Source of the DNA: Candidatus Bathyarchaeota archaeon
Lineage (GTDB): Archaea > Thermoproteota > Bathyarchaeia > Bathyarchaeales > Bathycorpusculaceae
Direction: 5' to 3'
Length of the DNA stretch: 64,000 nt
Assembly (NCBI GenBank): GCA_013388895.1
Contig: JACAEK010000052.1
Coordinates: forward strand, 6,684 to 70,683
Under the pieces are notes generated by a model. That model was given only the letters and a program-made list of their open reading frames with translations. It was not told the origin of the DNA and ran no database searches. The translations under genes and the position numbers were made by a program. Below, in pieces: positions 18,711 through 28,624 of the stretch. How positions within the stretch are numbered: position 1 is the stretch's first letter; each line of letters opens with the position of its first letter.

Positions 18711-20378
18711 ATGGTGAAAGTCGTCTTGTTGAAGAAACCAATCAGATGTTTAACCGGACCAGAACTGCATTGTAAGAATTGGCAGATCGAAGGCATCCTA
18801 CGCATGCTTTCTAATGTTGTTGATCCGGAAGTGGCCAAAGATCCTGAGAGGCTTATTGTTTACGGTGGAACTGGTAAAGCCGCGCGAAACTGGGAGTGTT
18901 TTAAGGGTATTGTTGAAACTTTAACTGGACTTGAGTCCGACGAGACCATGCTTATTCAAAGCGGCAAGCCCGTGGCTGTTTTCACGACGCATAAGTGGGC
19001 ACCCCGCGCTTTGATAGTAAATGCGATGCTTGTGCCTAAATGGGCTACTTGGGACTATTTCTATGAGTTGGAACAAAAAGGCTTAATCATGTTTGGGCAG
19101 ATGACTGCTGGTTCATGGGCATACGTTGGCACGCAGGGAATTCTGCAAGGTACCTACGAGACGCTTGCGGCTGTGGCAAAGGAACATTTCGGTGGTTCTC
19201 TACGTGGGAAACTTGTTTTATCTGCTGGTCTAGGCGAGATGGGTGGCGCCCAACCTTTAGCTGTTACTATGAATGAAGGCGTCGCTTTGGTAGTGGAGAT
19301 TGACAAGTGGGCTATCGAGCGAAGACTTAAGCATGAGTATCTAGAGATGTGGACTGACAACTTGGATGAAGCAGTAAAACTAGCCTTGGAAGCTAAAAGA
19401 GACGGTGAGCCTCGCAGTATTGGTTTGTTAGGCAACGCCGCCGAAGTTCATCCTCAACTCTTGCAAAAAGGCGTAATCCCAGATGTTTTGACCGATCAGA
19501 CTTCCGCCCATGATCCGTTAAATGGGTATTATCCAGTTGGCTTTTCTAAGAAAGAAGCAGATGAACTCAGAAAAAATGACCCACAAAAATATCTGCATAA
19601 TGCATGTGAAAGTATGTATGTGCATGTTGAAACTATGGTTAAGATGATGCGCAAAGGCGCTGTTACCTTTGATTATGGCAATAACCTACGCCAACAAGCT
19701 TACAACGCTGGGTTCAAGAATGCTTTTGAGTATCCTGGATTTGTTCTGCGTTATATACGACCTATGTTTTGTGAGGGCAAAGGTCCTTTCCGTTGGACTT
19801 CGCTTGTCGGAAGTGAAGAGGACATTTATACTCTTGATGATGTGATTTTGAAAGAATTCGGCTACAACAAAGAGCTGTGCCGCTGGATACAAAAAGCCAA
19901 GGAACAAGTGAAGTTTCAAGGTTTACCGGCGCGGGTTTGTTGGCTTGGTTTCGGTGAAAGAGCCCGATTTGGCAGAATCATGAATGGTATGGTTGCGGAT
20001 GAAAGGCTCAGTGGTCCAATATGGATTGGAAGAGACCACTTAGACGGTGGAAGCGTTGCATCGCCTAACCGTGAAACAGAAGCAATGAAAGACGGAAGCG
20101 ATGCAGTTGCAGATTGGCCAATTCTTAACGCTTTGATTAACGCTGCTGGTGGAGCCACTTGGGTGAGTGTTCATCACGGCGGAGGCGTAGGCATAGGCTA
20201 CAGCATTCACGCTGGAATGTGCTTGGTGGCGGACGGCTCAAAAGAAGCAAAGAAACGCATAACAACCGTGTTGACAACAGACCCGGGAACAGCTATAGTA
20301 AGACATGCAGATGCGGGCTACGAGAAGGCACAAAAAATAGCAAAACAAAAAGGCGTTAAAATGCCAATGTTGAAATGA
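18711..20378 (+). CDS. hutU: Urocanate hydratase
   Basis: Motifs [12 protein letters not shown] and [12 protein letters not shown]. The ATG at 18711 fits the family N-terminus. Confidence 0.9.
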   Translation: MVKVVLLKKPIRCLTGPELHCKNWQIEGILRMLSNVVDPEVAKDPERLIVYGGTGKAARNWECFKGIVETLTGLESDETMLIQSGKPVAVFTTHKWAPRALIVNAMLVPKWATWDYFYELEQKGLIMFGQMTAGSWAYVGTQGILQGTYETLAAVAKEHFGGSLRGKLVLSAGLGEMGGAQPLAVTMNEGVALVVEIDKWAIERRLKHEYLEMWTDNLDEAVKLALEAKRDGEPRSIGLLGNAAEVHPQLLQKGVIPDVLTDQTSAHDPLNGYYPVGFSKKEADELRKNDPQKYLHNACESMYVHVETMVKMMRKGAVTFDYGNNLRQQAYNAGFKNAFEYPGFVLRYIRPMFCEGKGPFRWTSLVGSEEDIYTLDDVILKEFGYNKELCRWIQKAKEQVKFQGLPARVCWLGFGERARFGRIMNGMVADERLSGPIWIGRDHLDGGSVASPNRETEAMKDGSDAVADWPILNALINAAGGATWVSVHHGGGVGIGYSIHAGMCLVADGSKEAKKRITTVLTTDPGTAIVRHADAGYEKAQKIAKQKGVKMPMLK

Positions 20379-20422
20379 TCATATTTTTCTATTCTTAATT
20401 CTCAAAAATCGTGGTGAAATAA

Positions 20423-21658
20423 TTGAGGAACGAAAGAAAACTGAGAATTGTGCCCATATTTCTGCTTGGCAGTGAGAGTTTCATTGGAGAGGATAAGGGT
20501 GAGCAAGACGCCAAAAGCGATGTAATAGTCAAAAGATTAGGCTTAAACAACGAATTGAAATTTCTTGTAAGAAAGGAAGAAGAAATTCTTGAAATCAACA
20601 TTCACGATGTAGACGGATTTGTCATTTTTCCCTACTGTTTTGAACGATTCTCGCCACTTATCTATCTTGCAGAAACCAAACTGCCCTTAATCATCTTTAG
20701 TGAAGAGGAAACCTTCTGCTATGCGCTTGACACTTACGAGTACTTATCTGACCACGAAAATGTGCAAATAGTCTTCACACAAAGAGAACTTGAAGCGCAG
20801 ATTAAGGTTCTGAATGCTGCTAAATGGTTGAAGGAAACGAAAATTTGTCTGTTCGATGCAGGCGAATGGAAACTGAATGGAGCCGCTTGGCTCAAAAATC
20901 CTATATTCTCTGGTAAAGTAAACACCCAAAACATTGACAAGGAGAAATTCTTTGAGACATACAAAAACGTGGATAAAACATTGGCAGAGGCTCTTGCCAA
21001 AAAATGGGTGAAGGCAGCCCAAAAAGTTTTAGAGCCTTCTTTTGAAGATGTTGTTAAGTCAGCACGGGTTTATGTGGCTATGAAGGCAGTGATGAACGAA
21101 ATGAAGGCTAATGTCGCCTACGTTTTATGGTGTGGACAATTCACAAAAGAGCTTGAAACAAAAATGTGCTTTGCCTTGGCGAAATTGGCTGACGACGGCA
21201 TTCCAGTTGGATGTTGGAGAGGCGAGAGCCTATTACCTCTGCTAATATTGCATATTGTGTCACGCAAACCAGTATTCATTTGTGAAATGTTTACATTGCA
21301 CGGAAGGACGATAACTCTTAGACATTGTTTTGCCCCGAGCACAATCGGTTCTTACAAATATGTCCTGCGAAGATGGCGAAACATGACAGGCACCGTTACT
21401 GGATACTGCCAGCTGCCAAAGGGCGACGTTACCTTAGTTAATTGTGGAATTGGTGATAAATTGGTTGTAGTGCGAGGAAGAGTAGTCGATTGTAAGGATT
21501 TGGAGGGCGACAATTGCAGAATGACTGTTTGGGTGAAGCTAGTGAATAAAGATGACGTTCGCAAGTTTCAAGGAAGAGAGTTTGCGATGGTTTATGGTGA
21601 CTACACAGAAGAGGTTAAACAAGTAGGAAAAAAACTTGGTCTAAAAACAATCTTGTAG
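20423..21658 (+). CDS. Hypothetical protein, possibly L-fucose/L-arabinose isomerase-like
   Basis: 411 aa. The C-terminal pattern GDVTLVNCG...GRVV...FAMVYGDYTEEVKQVGKKLGL is reminiscent of the FucI/AraA C-terminal domain. Weak call. Confidence 0.35.
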   Translation: MRNERKLRIVPIFLLGSESFIGEDKGEQDAKSDVIVKRLGLNNELKFLVRKEEEILEINIHDVDGFVIFPYCFERFSPLIYLAETKLPLIIFSEEETFCYALDTYEYLSDHENVQIVFTQRELEAQIKVLNAAKWLKETKICLFDAGEWKLNGAAWLKNPIFSGKVNTQNIDKEKFFETYKNVDKTLAEALAKKWVKAAQKVLEPSFEDVVKSARVYVAMKAVMNEMKANVAYVLWCGQFTKELETKMCFALAKLADDGIPVGCWRGESLLPLLILHIVSRKPVFICEMFTLHGRTITLRHCFAPSTIGSYKYVLRRWRNMTGTVTGYCQLPKGDVTLVNCGIGDKLVVVRGRVVDCKDLEGDNCRMTVWVKLVNKDDVRKFQGREFAMVYGDYTEEVKQVGKKLGLKTIL

Positions 21659-21752
21659 TCACATATGAATTTCCCCAATTTGTTGAAATGTTTGAGTTAG
21701 TTTGGTTTAGGAACTTGATTTCTAGTGGAGAATTTGCGGGATTGATTTTAGC

Positions 21753-23006
21753 CTAAGGAGGAGTTCCCACAATGTCAATTTTGTGTGTTGACTGTGCATA
21801 AGCGAAATATATCCATCTATGTGTGCTGTTGTCATAGAGCGTATCGTTTAAATTAAGAACCGGTGCAGATCCATCGTCAATTGTAACCGTGTAGGGAGTA
21901 GCAATCAAAGCTTTTGGAATGGCCAGTCTGCAGAAACCAAACGACTGAAGCACTGACGCATTCGCCACGTAAATTCTGATTGTGTTGTTAGCTGCAAAAA
22001 ATGCGAAATCCGTGACTGTGGAATTGGAAACAATATTTACTTGATGACCTGTAGAAGCGGTGAAGCTGTGAAACATGCCCATTAAGGGTTTTGTGTCTTG
22101 ATTGCCTCCTGTTGTCGCCTGTGCTGTATCACCTATGCCGTCGTAGTTCGAATCAACACCAGCGTAGTTGCTCCAGTAATTTCCTTCAACACCATCATCC
22201 CACTTATTGGTTAGGTCGAAATCGACAGCTTGGACACTGTTGTTGATAATGTTATTGTAATAAACAAAACTCCCACTCGAGGCGGAGAGCAAGACGCCGT
22301 TTATTCTGTTGTTTTCTACAGTGTTTTCAATAACCGTACAGTTACTAGAATCCAAAAGCCCTATTCCATCATACCAGTTTCCATATGCAATATTTCGTTT
22401 TATCAATCCGTTTGCGGAAAAGTTGGTGTTAATCCCATATCCCAATTGTACTGACAAGCCATTGTCAAAGACCATGTTGTTGCTGATAGTGAAGTTCTGA
22501 GAATTTGTGACCAGAATGCCTGCTCTATTGTTGTTTCCTACTGTGTTCTGATGGATTGTAAGATTGACCGAATTATAGACCAAGATTGCATTAGTAGTGA
22601 GGCTGATGTTGTTTTCAGTAATTAGGGAATTATTGGAACCTTTAAGATTAATTCCATTAGTACAATTTCGAATTGTGAATCCTTTTATGGTGACGCTTTT
22701 GCCATTAACATTAATTCCATAGTTTGCGCGTCTTCCATCAATAATCGTAGGGTTATCATCTTCTCCAATTAGCACTATTGCCTTATTCAAAGCAATACTC
22801 TCGTTGTAAACTCCTCCACGAACAGAGATCGTGTGTCCGTCCAATGTTTCATTTGCGTCTAGCGCTGCCTGAATCGTGTCATATGTCAAGCCAGTGTCAA
22901 CATTTCGGACAGGGCCGCCAGCGCTTCGATTAAACACGAAAAACAAGACTACTACGATAGATATTATTATCAGCGAACTCAGAATCAAAGTCATTTTTCT
23001 GTTCAT
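21753..23006 (-). CDS. Secreted right-handed beta-helix (NosD/pectin-lyase-fold) repeat protein
   Basis: N-terminal TM anchor, then periodic N/G/I-rich approx 22-aa repeats (ITENNIS, IHQNTVGNN, ISNNMVFDN, VIENTVENN). Confidence 0.7.
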   Translation of the reverse strand: MNRKMTLILSSLIIISIVVVLFFVFNRSAGGPVRNVDTGLTYDTIQAALDANETLDGHTISVRGGVYNESIALNKAIVLIGEDDNPTIIDGRRANYGINVNGKSVTIKGFTIRNCTNGINLKGSNNSLITENNISLTTNAILVYNSVNLTIHQNTVGNNNRAGILVTNSQNFTISNNMVFDNGLSVQLGYGINTNFSANGLIKRNIAYGNWYDGIGLLDSSNCTVIENTVENNRINGVLLSASSGSFVYYNNIINNSVQAVDFDLTNKWDDGVEGNYWSNYAGVDSNYDGIGDTAQATTGGNQDTKPLMGMFHSFTASTGHQVNIVSNSTVTDFAFFAANNTIRIYVANASVLQSFGFCRLAIPKALIATPYTVTIDDGSAPVLNLNDTLYDNSTHRWIYFAYAQSTHKIDIVGTPP

Positions 23007-23094
23007 GGAACATCACCCACTAATCGTTCTGCTTGGTTTTATTGTTTACGGAAATTCAACTATTCAAAATGTTAACAAGGAGACTGCAGGCTAA

Positions 23095-24162
23095 TTAGTG
23101 GCTGTTTGCCTTAACTATCTTATATCCAGAAGCTTTGCGAAGCCGATTCATGACAGCTAGACCAAGTCCTTCAAAAGGTAGGCCTTCAGCGATAACAACG
23201 TCAACGCCTTCTGAGTCAAACTCTCTCAAAAGCTTAAACAAATTTCTTGCAACAATCATCAAGTCTCCTCTACTTCCAAGAGACCTAACAACGTCAGCCG
23301 CATAATAGCTTGCAGTTTCGTCGGTGGCCAAAACGCCAACTTTTTTGCCTTCTCGACTATACGATTCTGCTAGTTCCTTCACCTTCTTCTTAATGGCTGA
23401 AATCTCTCCTTCTACAAGAACTACTTCTGCATTTGGAGCATAATGCTTATGCTTAACACCGGGTGAGCGTGCCCTTTCAACAGGCACCTCTTTTTCCGCC
23501 ACTGCGATAGGATGAAGTCTCACTTCTCTGAGAACCTCTTTCAATGCCTCGTACGGTGTTCCACCTGGACGCAGAATCTGCGGAGGCTTGACAGTCAAAT
23601 CCAGAACAGTGGATTCCACACCGATGCTTGTTGGTCCAGCATCCAAAACTGCATCTATACGTCCATTCAGGTCCTCTAGAACATGCTTTGCCATTGTTGG
23701 ACTTGGTTTTCCAGCAATATTTGCGCTCGGAGCAGCAATAGGACAGTGACTTTCCCTTAGCAACGCCAAAGCAACATTGTGCTTCGGAATTCTAATAGCT
23801 ACAGTATCCAGACCAGCAACGGTTACATCTGGCACAGTTTCCGAACGTTCAAATATCAAAGTTAAGGGTCCTGGCCAAAACTTTTTCATAAGTGTCTCTG
23901 CCTTAGGCAAAATCTCTACAACCAATCTGTAGACATCGCTAACATTTCCTACATGTACGATTGGCGGATTATCGAGCGGACGCTTCTTCGCTTCAAAAAG
24001 CGCCAAAACCGCCTTCGGATTTAAAGCGTCTGCACCCAGCCCATAAACGGTTTCGGTTGGGAAAGCCACTAAATCGCCTCTTCTGATAAGGTCTGCTGCT
24101 AATCGAATCTTTTCTCTTTCCGGATTTTGCGAGTCAACTTTTAATAGCTGGGTGGTCTTCAT
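23095..24162 (-). CDS. sua5: L-threonylcarbamoyladenylate synthase Sua5 (TsaC plus Sua5 domain)
   Basis: Motifs PTETVYGLGADA and SANIAGKPSP. The length fits the two-domain form. Confidence 0.9.
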   Translation of the reverse strand: MKTTQLLKVDSQNPEREKIRLAADLIRRGDLVAFPTETVYGLGADALNPKAVLALFEAKKRPLDNPPIVHVGNVSDVYRLVVEILPKAETLMKKFWPGPLTLIFERSETVPDVTVAGLDTVAIRIPKHNVALALLRESHCPIAAPSANIAGKPSPTMAKHVLEDLNGRIDAVLDAGPTSIGVESTVLDLTVKPPQILRPGGTPYEALKEVLREVRLHPIAVAEKEVPVERARSPGVKHKHYAPNAEVVLVEGEISAIKKKVKELAESYSREGKKVGVLATDETASYYAADVVRSLGSRGDLMIVARNLFKLLREFDSEGVDVVIAEGLPFEGLGLAVMNRLRKASGYKIVKANSH

Positions 24163-24249
24163 CGTAGCCCTTTCTACAGAATAGACTTAAAGCTAAACAT
24201 TTAACCTTGATCTCAAAAGAGTACAAAGCAGATAAAAAGCTGTGATTTG

Positions 24250-24750
24250 TTAGACAACGTAGTAGTCTATGACTTTTTTCATACTCTTAGGTGCAGTTTG
24301 CTTTATTGCCAGTTGCTTCAATATCTTGATCATCTGAGGCTGAAAGCGAGCTATATCTGTCAAGGATACTAGACCAACAAGGCGTTTTCCATCAACCACA
24401 GGCAGCTTCTTAATTTTCATCTGAAACATCAGCTTTACGGCTTCTTCCAGCTCCATTGCGGGCTCAACAACCACCAGAGGGCTGGTCATTATGTCTTTTA
24501 CTTTGGTTTTTGTTGTGTCTTTTACGTCAGCGACTACTCTTTTCAAAAGATCTCTTTCGGTTATAATGCCCATGGCTTTTCCTTTTCTAATAGCAATTAA
24601 GCATCCGATCTCAAATTTGTTCATAACCTCAGCCGCTTCTTTAACTGACGAATTTTCGTCTATTGTTATCACTTCTCTTATCATGACATCTTCAACTTTA
24701 AGAGACATGCCACCTTCCTCTTTTTTCTCCTCTTGCAATAAAACCACCAA
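24250..24750 (-). CDS. CBS domain pair protein
   Basis: Two CBS repeats (VMIREVITI..., IMTSPLVVV...KLPVVD). The alternative ATG at 24708 is possible. Confidence 0.85.
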   Translation of the reverse strand: MVVLLQEEKKEEGGMSLKVEDVMIREVITIDENSSVKEAAEVMNKFEIGCLIAIRKGKAMGIITERDLLKRVVADVKDTTKTKVKDIMTSPLVVVEPAMELEEAVKLMFQMKIKKLPVVDGKRLVGLVSLTDIARFQPQMIKILKQLAIKQTAPKSMKKVIDYYVV

Positions 24751-24805
24751 CTTCCCTATCTGTTAAAGCCCTCATATATAAATTGGTGTGCAGAAATTCT
24801 CTGTC

Positions 24806-26140
24806 TCACAGCACGGCCAATCTGCGAACAAGCATTTCAACCCGCTTACTTATAGGAATCTTTGCTCGTTCAAACTTCCCTTTAGGCTTAGCAAAAGGTC
24901 TAGTTGCATCAATACCCATTTTAGTTGTCAAACCTGTCTCTTGGTCAGCTGAAGAATCCAATGTTGAGCCTCGCACATTGCTTATAACAACCAAGTCTTC
25001 GCTGGCTTGAAAACGAGTTGCAATAGCCCATTCGACGTCGGATACATTGAAAACGTCGATGTCAGAGTCAACGACAACAGCATGTTTTAAGCTTGGATGT
25101 GCGGCAAAAGCAGCCAACAAAGCGTTTTTTCCGTCGCCATCCAACTGCTTTTCTATGGCGATTATTGCGTGTAGCCATCCGCTTCCTCCAGAGGAAAGGT
25201 TAACCGCGTAAACTTTTGGCAAGACTTTTGAAACTGCGACCCATATTAAAACTTCATGTGGCAAACCCATCAGAAGCCTATGTTCGGCTCCTGAGGGCAA
25301 AAGCGCCTGATAAACATAGTTCGCTCTATGCATAACTTTTACAATCTCTATAACTGGTTGTTTTCTTACAATGTCATATGTTCCAGTTATGTCCACAAAA
25401 GGTCCCTCAGCAACCTCCTTTGTAGCAGAGATTTTGCCTTCTAGAACTAATTCAGCATCTGCTGGCGCGCAAGCGTTCACCTTCTCGCACTCAACTAAAC
25501 TAAGACTATCGTTCATCAAAGTGTTTGCCACGTCAAACTCGTTAACGCCGAAAGGGACGGGTGAAGAAGCGGCCAGCATAATTGCTGGATGAACGCCGAT
25601 AGAAATGGATACGTCTAAGTCTTTGCCAGTTTCCTTTGCCATCTGCCACAGCTTGAAAAGATGGCGAGGAACCAAACGAATAGCCAGATGCTTCTTGTCA
25701 AGAACCTGAAGGCGATGCACTGACGCGTTCTCAAATTTTCCATCAATGCTTCTTGCGTAAACAACTGCCGAAGTAATATATGGTCCAGCATCCTTTTCAA
25801 AATGAGTTAGAATAGGAATCTTGGACAAGTCACTTTCAGCGGTTTCCTTAACAACACCATCCTTGATATTTTTAGGTTTTCGAGGTTTCTGCCAAGCTTC
25901 TGTCAGTCGCTTATAAAGCCCTTCGCCATCAACATTGAGAGCTGAACAAATTCTTTCGCGTGTTCCACAAACATTAGCAACAATCTTTGCTTGATGCCCG
26001 TTTATGTTTTCGAACAGAAGGATTGGACCTTTGTTATCAAAATTCTTCATAATGGATGAGATTTCAAACTTTGATGAAACTTCGTTTTTAATATGTAATG
26101 TTTCCTTTTCTGCTTGTCTAAGGAATTCTCTGAGGCTCAT
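24806..26140 (-). CDS. UbiD family (prenyl-FMN dependent) decarboxylase
   Basis: 444 aa and UbiD-like throughout (FENINGH, GPFVDITGTYD). Possibly the anhydromevalonate-phosphate decarboxylase of the archaeal mevalonate pathway. Confidence 0.8.
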   Translation of the reverse strand: MSLREFLRQAEKETLHIKNEVSSKFEISSIMKNFDNKGPILLFENINGHQAKIVANVCGTRERICSALNVDGEGLYKRLTEAWQKPRKPKNIKDGVVKETAESDLSKIPILTHFEKDAGPYITSAVVYARSIDGKFENASVHRLQVLDKKHLAIRLVPRHLFKLWQMAKETGKDLDVSISIGVHPAIMLAASSPVPFGVNEFDVANTLMNDSLSLVECEKVNACAPADAELVLEGKISATKEVAEGPFVDITGTYDIVRKQPVIEIVKVMHRANYVYQALLPSGAEHRLLMGLPHEVLIWVAVSKVLPKVYAVNLSSGGSGWLHAIIAIEKQLDGDGKNALLAAFAAHPSLKHAVVVDSDIDVFNVSDVEWAIATRFQASEDLVVISNVRGSTLDSSADQETGLTTKMGIDATRPFAKPKGKFERAKIPISKRVEMLVRRLAVL

Positions 26141-26523
26141 GTTGGTGTTTCCTCTTTTTTCATTTCTGCATGTGCAACTTTTTCCAGCAATTTCCTTAGA
26201 ATCGATTGAGCACGTATTTCGTCAACTGTTTCCAGATAAATGGAAACCAAGGCTATCTTTGAGTTTGTGGAAGCCAATTGTTCAGCGAACATGCGAGCTG
26301 AAATTGCGTTTCTATCGCCTAAAAGAATAGAGGACGAGGCTGGTCCAAGCATATCTTTCGGTTTCGGTACGGCAATCGCTAGTGTTCCAAGCTTATCTTC
26401 GTTTTCGCTGAACAGAATTAAGCATGCATTTTTTGTTTCTAAATAAACCGCAAGAAAACGCAGATTCTGCTCGATTAGTTCTTCCTTAATGATTTTTGCC
26501 CGTTCCATTGCTAAAGTCTCCAT
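26137..26523 (-). CDS. Small hypothetical protein; PAC3 (PSMG3)-like by eye
   Basis: 128 aa, with a 4-nt ATGA overlap onto the UbiD gene. The segments KLGTLAIAVP ... SILLGDRN ... FAEQLA ... IALVSIYLE parallel my recollection of human PSMG3. Confidence 0.3.
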   Translation of the reverse strand: METLAMERAKIIKEELIEQNLRFLAVYLETKNACLILFSENEDKLGTLAIAVPKPKDMLGPASSSILLGDRNAISARMFAEQLASTNSKIALVSIYLETVDEIRAQSILRKLLEKVAHAEMKKEETPT

Positions 26524-26604
26524 CGCCTATCTATAGCTCTATGCATTCACTATTTATTGTTTTCAAAGACCATAGAAAACGCGTTTAATCGAGTCTTGTT
26601 TGTC

Positions 26605-27960
26605 TTAGAAGAGCCTTCTGAATGATGAGATATCTGTCGAATTTTCTTCAGCAAAAACCAAACTTTCTCTAAAGTTCTTGTCCAGTTTCACCTTTCCCAA
26701 GGCAACTCTTGAAATTTTTTTCGAAACTGGAGTCAGAATATTCAGCGTTTGTCTTCTATAGTCGACCTCTTGCAAGATGCCTATTCCAAGAAATTTTCTT
26801 TCATCATCATACAAAGCCATGAGAAAGCCTTCTTCTTCGCCCTTATGAACCACCTCAACTTTCTTTCGAGTAAAATCCTCAACTTTCTTTATAGCGTCTT
26901 CACTGATCCAACGAGTTTTACCTACGAATATAGAGATTTTGTGTTTGAATTCCGCCAAATGCAGAGGCTTCATTCCCAAAAATTCGTATATTTTTCTCGC
27001 TTGTCTAATATTGCCATTTGCTCTGTTTAAGCCAAACTCGTTTTCTTCAATTTCTATCCAATTCTTTGGGATAGATTGCACTTTGGCGTTTCTTAAGTAT
27101 TTAATATATCCAAGTTCTCGTAGGCTTCTGCGTTTTTCTCTGCTTCTTTGCTTTATAGTTGATGGAAATTCAACCATGATTACCTTGAAGTCTTTAAGAG
27201 AATCCAAGACAGTTGTCAACTCGTCCTTTTGGTGGAGGCAGAAAATTGTCTCAGGATTAAGTTCCTTAACTAGTCGAATCTTGTAATTTGTAGCCTCTTC
27301 TCCCTCAGTCCATCCGTCAGTGTTGATGATGACGTAATCTGGGTTATTGTTTAAAACTTCTTTTTTTAGCGTCGTTAAGCCTTCAATCACTTTATCTATT
27401 GCTGTACTTGGCGAGGTAATGCCTACAAAAAAGGCGTTTTTTGCTTCTAAATTGAACAAGTCTGTTAAAGGCTTAGTAACTAATGCATATGCAACTGTGC
27501 ATGGTGGTCCAATGTCTGACTGTCCTAGGTCTCCATCTAGAATTGCCGCTTTCTTTTTCTTGTTTATTAGTTTGTTTATCATGTATGTGCAGAAGCTTGT
27601 TTTTCCAGAATCTGCAGTTCCCAGCACTAGTGCCACAACTGGTTTTGATTGAATCTCTTGCAGTTCTTCAAAAGCTTTAGTCCAAGAAGGCGGGATTGTG
27701 CTTCCATCAGTCTCTTCTATTTCTGCATTTTCCCCTAACGATATGTTGAAGGATGCTTTTTCCTCAACTACGAAGGGTAATCTTTTTCCTTCCCTTATCA
27801 CAATCTTGTTTGTGCTACCTACGCTGTAGCCGAAAACTTCCACTTTACCTGAAGCGACGATGACAGAGGCTGGACCGTCGACTAATAGTGTTTTGCCTTT
27901 TTCAAGTGTTCTGTTCATTTGTTTTGCTCCGTGGGAATTTGTGGCCGTTCCTTCCTGCAA
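26605..27960 (-). CDS. Polynucleotide 5'-hydroxyl kinase, Clp1/Grc3 family
   Basis: Walker A GTADSGKTSF and the Clp1-type motif LDGDLGQSDIGPP, with an N-terminal beta domain. The start may be ATG 27918. Confidence 0.75.
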   Translation of the reverse strand: MQEGTATNSHGAKQMNRTLEKGKTLLVDGPASVIVASGKVEVFGYSVGSTNKIVIREGKRLPFVVEEKASFNISLGENAEIEETDGSTIPPSWTKAFEELQEIQSKPVVALVLGTADSGKTSFCTYMINKLINKKKKAAILDGDLGQSDIGPPCTVAYALVTKPLTDLFNLEAKNAFFVGITSPSTAIDKVIEGLTTLKKEVLNNNPDYVIINTDGWTEGEEATNYKIRLVKELNPETIFCLHQKDELTTVLDSLKDFKVIMVEFPSTIKQRSREKRRSLRELGYIKYLRNAKVQSIPKNWIEIEENEFGLNRANGNIRQARKIYEFLGMKPLHLAEFKHKISIFVGKTRWISEDAIKKVEDFTRKKVEVVHKGEEEGFLMALYDDERKFLGIGILQEVDYRRQTLNILTPVSKKISRVALGKVKLDKNFRESLVFAEENSTDISSFRRLF

Positions 27961-28555
27961 TTCTTATGGCTGAAACGATGTCTCTCAGTCCTCTTCTGTG
28001 CTCTGTTTCATTTAAGTATCGGTCTGTTCCAGCCTCGCTCACACTTTCCAACATTACATTTGATTGTAAAGCATTATCTAACACTCGTAAAAGTCTTTCT
28101 TTGTACTTTGGAACGCCGTCACCAATCTTCACTGAAATAGCAGTTGGTGGGTTTTTCTCAAGGTTACGCAGGATATTCTTTATTTTGTCTAACGTTTCTT
28201 CGACGCTGAAGCAGTTTTCAGTTTCAATGACTCTGCCATCGGCTAAGACTGCTAACCCGAAAACTTCACCAGGGTCTACGCCTATCACGATTTTTTTGTA
28301 GTATTCTTTTCCTTGAATAATCTGCAGCGCCTCATTTACCAATGCCTTTGGTTCTGCGCCCTCCTGAAGAACCAATATTCTTTCATGATTTACCTTTTGC
28401 TGTTCTTCTTTTGTGGTTATGACAACCTTAACTTCTACGGGAATTGGTTCAGTTGGAATGAGACTTAGAAAGGGTATGTCTCTCCTTTTCAGTTCATTCA
28501 CAATTAGGTAATAGGCTTTTCCCGAAACTGTTGCAACTGCAATCTTTTCTTTCAT
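27902..28555 (-). CDS. Hypothetical RNase H-fold (RuvC/YqgF-like) protein
   Basis: Core IVIGVDPGEVFGLAVLADG resembles the first catalytic strand of RuvC/YqgF-type nucleases. Overlaps the Clp1-like gene. Confidence 0.4.
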   Translation of the reverse strand: MKEKIAVATVSGKAYYLIVNELKRRDIPFLSLIPTEPIPVEVKVVITTKEEQQKVNHERILVLQEGAEPKALVNEALQIIQGKEYYKKIVIGVDPGEVFGLAVLADGRVIETENCFSVEETLDKIKNILRNLEKNPPTAISVKIGDGVPKYKERLLRVLDNALQSNVMLESVSEAGTDRYLNETEHRRGLRDIVSAIRIAGRNGHKFPRSKTNEQNT

Positions 28556-28624
28556 AGGGCTTTCCTATATGCGTTTGCGTAGGAACACAAGACAAATTAT
28601 TATTTTAGTTGTTTATATTCGTTA

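Noticed and set aside
20159-20359. Arg-rich 66-aa ORF
   Set aside because: It lies inside hutU in another frame. The composition is an artefact.
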